Source: a virus (lineage: Duplodnaviria; Caudoviricetes). From it: a stretch of DNA of 32,655 nucleotides. Location of the stretch: IMG/VR virus record IMGVR_UViG_3300038675_000345, positions 1 to 32,655 of that record; one strand, given 5' to 3'. The translations under genes were made by a program, and so were the position numbers. Below the pieces are notes generated by a model. The model was not told the DNA's origin. It did no database searches and worked only from the letters and a program-made list of their open reading frames with translations. Position 1 is the first letter of the stretch. The number at the start of each line of letters is the position of its first letter. Positions 26,733 to 32,655 of this stretch are shown here, in pieces.

Positions 26733-27272
26733 CTACCCCTCTTTATCAATATCTTTAATTATCCCTCTTAATTGCCTAACAAACTCAGGAGTCAACACTG
26801 CATTATCCCCGAATCCACTAGATGAGAATTTAGATTTTTCTAAATCAAGTCTATTAGAATCATTAACTACCCAAGAAACATCTCTTAACAACTGTCTTAT
26901 TACATTCGCTAACGAAGCCAAAGCATTTAAACTATTTATAAAATCTTTTGCTTCCCAAACATCCTTATTATTAGTTATCTGTTCATGAATAAATTCCAAA
27001 TCCTTATCTAATATATCTGAAAGATTGAGCAGCTTTCTTTTAACAAGGTATTCTAACATAGCATCATTCTCTCGCATTTTATTCTCTAATTGAGACTGGT
27101 TGAACTCGTCTTTATAAAGAGATACTATTCGTTTAAAATCCTCATCAGCAATATAACTCTCAAAATCAACCTTGGATAGTCCTAACTTTTCTAATATAAC
27201 AGATCGAGGAACATCCATAGCCAACATCAAGGCAAGCTTCTTCTCAAGTGCAAAATCAACCTTAGCTAACAC
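26733..27272 (-). CDS. Probable terminase small subunit (179 aa)
   Basis: First gene of the operon, with an N-terminal HTH-like segment (VPRSVILEKLGLSKVDFESY) followed by helices. AGGAGG RBS, GTG start. Confidence 0.65.
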   Translation of the reverse strand: MLAKVDFALEKKLALMLAMDVPRSVILEKLGLSKVDFESYIADEDFKRIVSLYKDEFNQSQLENKMRENDAMLEYLVKRKLLNLSDILDKDLEFIHEQITNNKDVWEAKDFINSLNALASLANVIRQLLRDVSWVVNDSNRLDLEKSKFSSSGFGDNAVLTPEFVRQLRGIIKDIDKEG

Positions 27273-27343
27273 AAAAGTCCCCTCCTGACTAATCTACATC
27301 TCACTTATATACGCCAAAAAAATCACGATTTCTGTTTACAGCC

Positions 27344-27380
27344 ATGTTACAAATGTAAATTCTTTGTAACATTATGTAAA
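27344..27380. promoter_or_regulatory. Phased TGTWAH repeats overlapping a 10-bp inverted repeat
   Basis: ATGTTACAAA (27344-27353) / TTTGTAACAT (27363-27372). TGTAAA at 27354, TGTAAC at 27365, TGTAAA at 27375. Confidence 0.5.
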
Positions 27381-27386
27381 TTTTTT

Positions 27387-27420
27387 TACTTTGTGATTTA
27401 TTTCACGCAATGGTTATAGG
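27387..27420 (-). repeat. Left copy of a ~33-bp inverted repeat with TGTGA-N6-TCAC core
   Basis: Minus strand reads CCTATAACCATTGCGTGAAATAAATCACAAAGTA. Confidence 0.65.
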
Positions 27421-28008
27421 ATTTAAGGAATTTTTTTTTGACTAAAAATCGTCAATTTTCAGCAAAATAGGAAGTAGGGGTTTTCAAAAAAAATCCACTT
27501 GTGATATTAAAAGTAGCTTCAATCGGAACACACAGACAACTGTACTAGCTCATTAAAATCACTAATATTGCTGTAATAAGCAATAATCCTGCAAGACAGC
27601 TGATTTTTCTGCAAAATAGACTTTTCAGCTAAATTTTGATAAAATTGGACATTTTTAGCTATTTTTACTGCTAGGAGGTATGGTTCTTTATTTACTGCAA
27701 AGAGTTACAGCTATTTTTTTAAAAAAACTCTAATATCCTATTAAAGCTGTATGTGACAGCTGTATAGCTTATCACTGCAAGATAGAGAGTTTTACACCTT
27801 TAATTTTTCTATATATTATATACTTTCAGATCTTTAATATAAGACCTGAAAGGATTGGGAATTTAAAAAAATCAAAAGTCAAGAGTTTTAACAGGCTTTA
27901 AAAGAGCCTTTGAATGGGATCGTATAAGGCAAAAAAAGGCCAGTACGAGCTTCTAAGAAGACTCTTGTTGGCAGAATACGACCGCTCAGGTCGATTTTTT
28001 TCTATTAC

Positions 28009-28041
28009 CCTATAACCGATTGTGAAAGTCATCACAAAATA
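28009..28041 (+). repeat. Right copy of a ~33-bp inverted repeat with perfect TGTGA-N6-TCACA core
   Basis: CCTATAACCGATTGTGAAAGTCATCACAAAATA. Confidence 0.65.
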
Positions 28042-28231
28042 CTAGGATAATTAAAATTTTTATAAATGCAGTAGTCAAAGCCCCATCTAAAGCCTAACAC
28101 ATCAATTATGTAATAGAACGTCTATAATAGGCATTAAAAGCCGATGAGAGAGATTCACCTTATAAAACACATCAAAATTAGGTCGTCTATAAAAAGTTAA
28201 CGTGGTTGTAACATACTAGGTTATGCTTTCA

Positions 28232-28240
28232 TGCTATACT
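28232..28240 (+). promoter_or_regulatory. Putative extended -10 promoter (TGnTATACT)
   Basis: TGCTATACT lies about 20 nt upstream of the AGGAGG RBS (28261-28266) of the first rightward gene. No good -35. Confidence 0.5.
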
Positions 28241-28274
28241 ATAGATGAAAACATTTAATTAGGAGGTCCTATAT

Positions 28275-29438
28275 ATGGAAAAGAAGATTATTGAAACTAT
28301 CAAAAAAGATCTACCAAATACATTTATCTATGCTGACCGGCTCACAGTAAAGAACACGGGGGGGCCTCTAACAGTTGGGCACAGGAAAGCACTTAGTTCT
28401 CGCCTTAATACCTTGTATAATAAGGTAAAAAACAATCCTTATACTAAAGCAGTCTTTAACGCATACTGGAGAAAAGCTATAGGAATTAATCCTAATAAAA
28501 TGAACAAAGACCTCTATCCGATAGTCAAAGATATTTTAGATTTTAAATTGGATACTGACAATCTTGATATGTTTAATGCTCAAGTAATTACTAAAGAGAT
28601 AATTACATATAACGATATTAATGTTCCTATATATAATAATGAAAATGTGCTGTATGTTGGTATATCTGATATGTTTAAGATTGGAATAGACGTTAAAACT
28701 ATTATACCTGTAATAACTCACTGGGGGAGTCACAGATTTAATGACTTAAACTCTCTTGAAATGGCTGTAGAGACTGGCAGCTCTTTTTGGAAATACCTTA
28801 ATAATCTTTATGGAGTTAAACATAATTTGCAACTTTATTATAAATTAGGTATTGGTAACTCTGGATATAATAAATTTAAATTGTACGCTTATTTTCCATT
28901 TTTGAAAAGTAGAAGCATGTATTATAAATCTAATATGTATTTTGGTAAACAAAGATTTTGGTTTGATCCATATAAAACTGCAACTTATAATAAGGATATA
29001 TTTCTAAGTACTAATTTTATAAGAGGTCTAATAATAAATACATCAGTACCTGTAAGAGTAAGAGAGTCTATTAAGTTATTTATTGACCACATAAATAATA
29101 CTGTATTTGAAGGTACTATGTGGGAACCGTTGAAAAAGTATTACGATATACCTTATCCAACATTTTATGGATACCAAGAATTAAGAAGAGCCACTATAAA
29201 TAAAATAGTAAACTTTGATAGTACAATAGAAGACAATACTGTAAAAAATTCAATGCGATATGAAGCATCACAGTACATATCAGAATTACTAGAAAACCAG
29301 TTAGACAGGTTGACATTTAATCAATGGGTACAGAAAGATTATATAACAGCAATAGAATTATTAAAATCAATAAATATTGAGGAGGTTAACAAGTATGTCC
29401 GAGACAGAGCCGCAGAATGGAATTTGGGTAATACCTAG
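28275..29438 (+). CDS. Hypothetical protein (387 aa), possibly antirepressor-like DNA-binding protein
   Basis: Strong RBS and first gene of the rightward arm. The functional guess rests only on weak motif resemblance. Confidence 0.75.
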   Translation: MEKKIIETIKKDLPNTFIYADRLTVKNTGGPLTVGHRKALSSRLNTLYNKVKNNPYTKAVFNAYWRKAIGINPNKMNKDLYPIVKDILDFKLDTDNLDMFNAQVITKEIITYNDINVPIYNNENVLYVGISDMFKIGIDVKTIIPVITHWGSHRFNDLNSLEMAVETGSSFWKYLNNLYGVKHNLQLYYKLGIGNSGYNKFKLYAYFPFLKSRSMYYKSNMYFGKQRFWFDPYKTATYNKDIFLSTNFIRGLIINTSVPVRVRESIKLFIDHINNTVFEGTMWEPLKKYYDIPYPTFYGYQELRRATINKIVNFDSTIEDNTVKNSMRYEASQYISELLENQLDRLTFNQWVQKDYITAIELLKSINIEEVNKYVRDRAAEWNLGNT

Positions 29439-29925
29439 ACCAGCAGAAGACCTATCACCAGATAAGATAAAATCTTATAGCTATAAATCATCTAAAGGGG
29501 AAGTAATTACAGTACCGTACTTTCCTTCGTACGAAATATTTAGATTTTTTAGAGATACGTTTGGAATAGGTGTAAATATTGTAGATAGAAAGGAGAAGAG
29601 TGGGATTGTATTCATAGAACTGCCAGCAATGGGAAGCAGACCGTCACAGCGCATTTATAGTTATATAAGAGCTTTTACACTAGAATACTTTACTTATGAA
29701 GATGGAAAGAAAGTCCCACACGTAATAGATTTTGAAGGTGCTGCAGTAATTGATAAGGGTAACGTAGCAAAAGCAAGTCATGCTGCAGCCAGTAATGCGT
29801 ATAAGGAACTTATCAAAATGTTTGGATTTGGACTAAGCGTGTTTGAACAATATGAATCCTCAGATTTTGAAGAAGAAATAGATGTACCATTGAAAGATGT
29901 TCAAATGGAAGTAAAAGGATTCTAA
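29395..29925 (+). CDS. Rad52/Rad22-family (Sak-like) single-strand annealing protein, start revised
   Basis: VPYFPSYEIFRFFRDTFG and AKASHAAASNAYKELIKMFGFGLSVF match the Rad52-like pattern. ATG 29395 follows GAGGAGGT. Acidic tail. Confidence 0.75.
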   Translation: MSETEPQNGIWVIPRPAEDLSPDKIKSYSYKSSKGEVITVPYFPSYEIFRFFRDTFGIGVNIVDRKEKSGIVFIELPAMGSRPSQRIYSYIRAFTLEYFTYEDGKKVPHVIDFEGAAVIDKGNVAKASHAAASNAYKELIKMFGFGLSVFEQYESSDFEEEIDVPLKDVQMEVKGF

Positions 29926-29942
29926 AATTTTAGGAGGAAAAC

Positions 29943-30308
29943 ATGGATAAACTGAAAAAGGGAATATTTAACAACACTACAACTTGGCAGGAGATTGAAG
30001 ATTTTATTGATGAGCGGATTGCTAACCCTCTAATGATTGAGCTTGAAGACGGTACTTCAGCAACGGTTATAAATTTTAACCCTCATAGTATTGATTTTAA
30101 ACACTTGTTTGAGTTTTTGGACAAAGACCCATATACAGATACTCATGTATATATTATCCCACACAGTATGAGTGCTATATTTGGAATTATGTTTGAATAT
30201 ATAATGACAAAACTTGATACTCCCTATCTATTGTTAAACTATAGAAAGAATAAGTACCTTGCAGTATTCCCAAGACCAGAGTTTGAAAAAATATTCACAG
30301 ATGAATAA
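29943..30308 (+). CDS. Hypothetical protein (121 aa)
   Basis: AGGAGG RBS, co-oriented, no recognised motif. Confidence 0.8.
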   Translation: MDKLKKGIFNNTTTWQEIEDFIDERIANPLMIELEDGTSATVINFNPHSIDFKHLFEFLDKDPYTDTHVYIIPHSMSAIFGIMFEYIMTKLDTPYLLLNYRKNKYLAVFPRPEFEKIFTDE

Positions 30309-30314
30309 GCTAGA

Positions 30315-30342
30315 TACGCCCCTTTTAATTAAAAGGGGCGTA
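30315..30342. repeat. Perfect 28-bp palindrome (possible terminator or processing hairpin)
   Basis: TACGCCCCTTTTAATTAAAAGGGGCGTA is its own reverse complement and starts 6 nt after a stop codon. Confidence 0.85.
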
Positions 30343-30458
30343 ATTCTGCTTAAAATAGGGCAAGGTTGAATTTTATATCTATTTAGGATAAATCCCCTAC
30401 TAAAATATTAAAATGCAATACAGAACGTTTTAGAGGGTAAATAAAGGAGATTATATAA

Positions 30459-32655
30459 ATGCACGAAGGAGTACAAAGACTACTAACAGATAGATACTTT
30501 TGGAGATGGAATATAGACGGTAAAGAAATAGTTGAAACACCACAAATGGTATTCCTCAGAGTGGCTAAAAAAATGGCTTCTGCCTTTCTTAATATACTAA
30601 ACAAATCTGATATGATAGGCACGGGAGAAAGCAAAGATAAAATAGAAAAACTAATAGATTTGGCTACTGGATTTTATAATATAATGAACTCTGGTGATTT
30701 TATGCCTAGCTCACCGCAGCTATTTAACGCACTTAGAGGTATAGATGAAACGCAAGATAACTTCAATTTGATATATAAACCCATAAAAGACACTACTTTT
30801 GCTGAGTGGAAGACACTTAACGCATTTAAAAATCCTATAGCAGCATATGGCTCATGTTATGCTATGGGTAGAGTAGGGGATAGTATAGAAGAGATATATG
30901 ATTCTCTTAAAGAGCAGGCAGTAATTTTTAAAGCTGCAGGAGGATACGGTGCTAGTTTTTCTAATTTGAGATCAGAAGGAACATCTGTAAAGACTACTAG
31001 AGGACAGTCTTGTGGGCCAGTAGAATTTATGGAGTTATTTAATATGAATACTAAAAAAATAGCTCTCAGTGGGCAGCTTAAACGAGGAGCTAACATGTTC
31101 TCTCTTAGTGTATCTCATCCAGATATTGAAACTTTTATAGATAAAAAAGAAGAGTTTATAATAGATGAAGAAGACGGAATGCTTAGATCAAAGCATCTTG
31201 AACACGCTAATTTATCAGTAGAGGTATCTGATGAATTTATTGACGCTGTTAAAAATGATCTTGATTGGGAGCTTATTGATCCTCACACTAAAGAAGTTAA
31301 GAAAGTAGTAAAAGCTAAGAATCTGTATAAAAAGATAATAGACAGTGCTTATAAAAGTGGCGAACCGGGAATTTTAATGCTTTCTACTATAAACAAATAT
31401 AATCCTATTAGAGATCTAGAGCCAATTACCTCTGTAAACCCCTGTGTTACAGGTGACACTTTAGTCCCTACTACTGAAGGGCTTATTAGAGCAGATAGTC
31501 TAAAAAAAGGAATGTTTACATGGAATCCAATAAAAAATAAAATGGAAGAAATAACTGCAGTGTATAATAATGGGGTTAAAGATATTTATGAAATAACGCT
31601 AGAGAACGGAATGAAACTTAAAGCTACCTCAGATCATAAATTGAAAACAACTTATGATACAACTAAAGGTGAGTTAATTAGGGTTTCTAATCTTAAAATT
31701 GGGTATAAAATACATACTATAGTCTATGTAACTTTTAATGATCCAGATAGCCTTATAATAGAACCATTTACTGGACTTAATCCTGCAACAGAAATGATGT
31801 TTAAAATAAAATCAATAGAAAAAATAGGTCAAGATGTAGTATATGATATTACTGTTCCTGATGATTTTATGTGGGTAACTAATGGGTTTATCAGTCTAGA
31901 CTGCTCCGAGTACCTCGGTTTTTCTAATACTGTATGTAATTTGGGATCAATTAATCTATATAATTTTGTAGATTATAAAACAAAGATGCTAGATACTAAA
32001 CGGTTAGACTCTGTTATTTCACTAGCTGTTACATATCTAAATCTAGCACTTATGGCAAACAGTTTTCCTACTGAAAAACTCACTAAGCGATCTATGGAAT
32101 TAAGACCTATTGGGCTTGGGTTTATGGGACTAGGATCTACCTTAGCTAGACTAGGTTATAGATACGGTAGTAAAGAAAGCCTAGACTTTACTAAAGATTT
32201 TGTACAAGACTTCATGTATTATGTTATAAAAGCATCCCATCATTTTAGTGTTTTATCAGACACTAGATTTAAACATTATGAATATTCTGATTACGCTAAG
32301 GGGGAATTTGTATTTAAGAATGAAAAACATAAAGATAAAATATCTAAATTACTAAAAATGGGTATAACTAATTCTAGACTGTCTGCAATAGCACCAAATG
32401 GAAGCATAAACAAGCTAGTAGTGGCAGCAATGAAAACACCGGCATCAAGTGTTTCAGGAGGACTAGAACCAATATTCTCTCCTATATATACCCGTAGGGT
32501 TAATCCCGATACCCCCCAAGAGTATACTATAAACGAGATGGATGTAGCAGTTTATGATATATTGAAAGAAAGAGGATATACAGATGAACAAATTACTGAA
32601 TTTGCTAATGATGAAGAAGCAATTGAAAAACTATCAGAAGAAATAGGTACTGTAA
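30459..32655 (+). CDS. nrdJ: Ribonucleotide reductase, class II (NrdJ)-like, intein-containing, partial (runs off window end)
   Basis: Not in the ORF track. AAGGAG RBS, ATG 30459, no in-frame stop. Motifs FMPSSPQLFNA, GSCY, GGYGASFSNLR, RGANM, HPDIETFI, ANLSV, GEPG, NP|CSE, CNLGSINL, RPIGLGFMGL, IAPNGS, SGGLEP. No ATP cone. Class is inferred because the C-terminus is not visible. Confidence 0.9.
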   Translation, partial: MHEGVQRLLTDRYFWRWNIDGKEIVETPQMVFLRVAKKMASAFLNILNKSDMIGTGESKDKIEKLIDLATGFYNIMNSGDFMPSSPQLFNALRGIDETQDNFNLIYKPIKDTTFAEWKTLNAFKNPIAAYGSCYAMGRVGDSIEEIYDSLKEQAVIFKAAGGYGASFSNLRSEGTSVKTTRGQSCGPVEFMELFNMNTKKIALSGQLKRGANMFSLSVSHPDIETFIDKKEEFIIDEEDGMLRSKHLEHANLSVEVSDEFIDAVKNDLDWELIDPHTKEVKKVVKAKNLYKKIIDSAYKSGEPGILMLSTINKYNPIRDLEPITSVNPCVTGDTLVPTTEGLIRADSLKKGMFTWNPIKNKMEEITAVYNNGVKDIYEITLENGMKLKATSDHKLKTTYDTTKGELIRVSNLKIGYKIHTIVYVTFNDPDSLIIEPFTGLNPATEMMFKIKSIEKIGQDVVYDITVPDDFMWVTNGFISLDCSEYLGFSNTVCNLGSINLYNFVDYKTKMLDTKRLDSVISLAVTYLNLALMANSFPTEKLTKRSMELRPIGLGFMGLGSTLARLGYRYGSKESLDFTKDFVQDFMYYVIKASHHFSVLSDTRFKHYEYSDYAKGEFVFKNEKHKDKISKLLKMGITNSRLSAIAPNGSINKLVVAAMKTPASSVSGGLEPIFSPIYTRRVNPDTPQEYTINEMDVAVYDILKERGYTDEQITEFANDEEAIEKLSEEIGTV
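31443..31901 (+). mobile_element. Mini-intein (153 aa, no homing endonuclease) in the RNR active-site NPC motif
   Basis: Block A CVTGDTLV, block B LKATSDHKL, block F/G VYDITVPDDFMWVTNGFISLD, followed by extein CSEY. Removing it restores SVNP-CSEY. Confidence 0.93.

Larger units (their letters stand above)
27273..28274. promoter_or_regulatory. Divergent non-coding control region (~1 kb)
   Basis: No ORF of 60 aa or more in the track. Separates two outward-reading gene blocks and contains A/T tracts and several repeated motifs. Confidence 0.8.
1..32655. mobile_element. Tailed phage genome segment (siphovirus-like morphogenesis operon plus divergent early/DNA-metabolism arm)
   Basis: Canonical gene order terminase-portal-protease-capsid-neck-tube-chaperone-tape measure-tip. 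No tail sheath, integrase, lysis or host housekeeping genes seen in the window. Confidence 0.97.

Noticed and set aside
13761-26988. Plus-strand ORFs opposite structural genes (e.g. 19674-20072, 21216-21737, 22158-22625, 26728-26988)
   Set aside because: They overlap well-supported minus-strand genes and have no motifs.
27273-28274. CRISPR array or tRNA in the non-coding region
   Set aside because: No regularly spaced repeat-spacer units and no cloverleaf or T-loop motif seen.
28536-28733. 65-aa minus-strand ORF
   Set aside because: Antisense to the 387-aa gene.
29377-29394. Track start of the Sak-like ORF at 29377
   Set aside because: These bases contain the GAGGAGGT RBS for ATG 29395.
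30383-31096. Minus-strand ORFs 30383-30634 and 30857-31096
   Set aside because: Shadows of the plus-strand RNR gene that the track missed.
32653-32655. TAA at the very end as the RNR stop
   Set aside because: Out of frame: the codons read GGT ACT GTA A, so the gene continues beyond the window.
1-32655. Alternative genetic code
   Set aside because: All expected genes are intact under the standard bacterial code, and TAA, TAG and TGA all serve as stops.

Overview
The whole window is an AT-rich segment of a tailed dsDNA phage genome. A complete siphovirus-type morphogenesis operon runs on the minus strand from 27272 to past base 1: small and large terminase, portal, prohead protease with nested scaffold, major capsid protein, a repeat-built capsid appendage, neck genes, two paralogous tail tube genes, a frameshifting tail assembly chaperone, a 2796-aa tape measure protein and tail tip/fibre genes. 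A ~1 kb non-coding divergent control region (27273-28274) carries several symmetric motifs. A plus-strand arm follows: an unknown 387-aa protein, a Rad52/Sak-like annealing protein, a hypothetical protein and a class II-type ribonucleotide reductase that runs off the end. The ORF track missed both edge genes. The most notable items are a 153-aa mini-intein at the RNR catalytic Cys ending Leu-Asp instead of His-Asn, a 430-aa protein with a nested a1-a2-a3-b3-b2-b1 repeat layout, duplicated tail tube genes with patches of exact DNA identity, a probable internally deleted IscB/omegaRNA element in the tail operon, a slippery site enclosed in a hairpin loop, and an RNR insertion pointing to a Thermotogota host. 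All homology calls come from reading motifs by eye; no searches were run.
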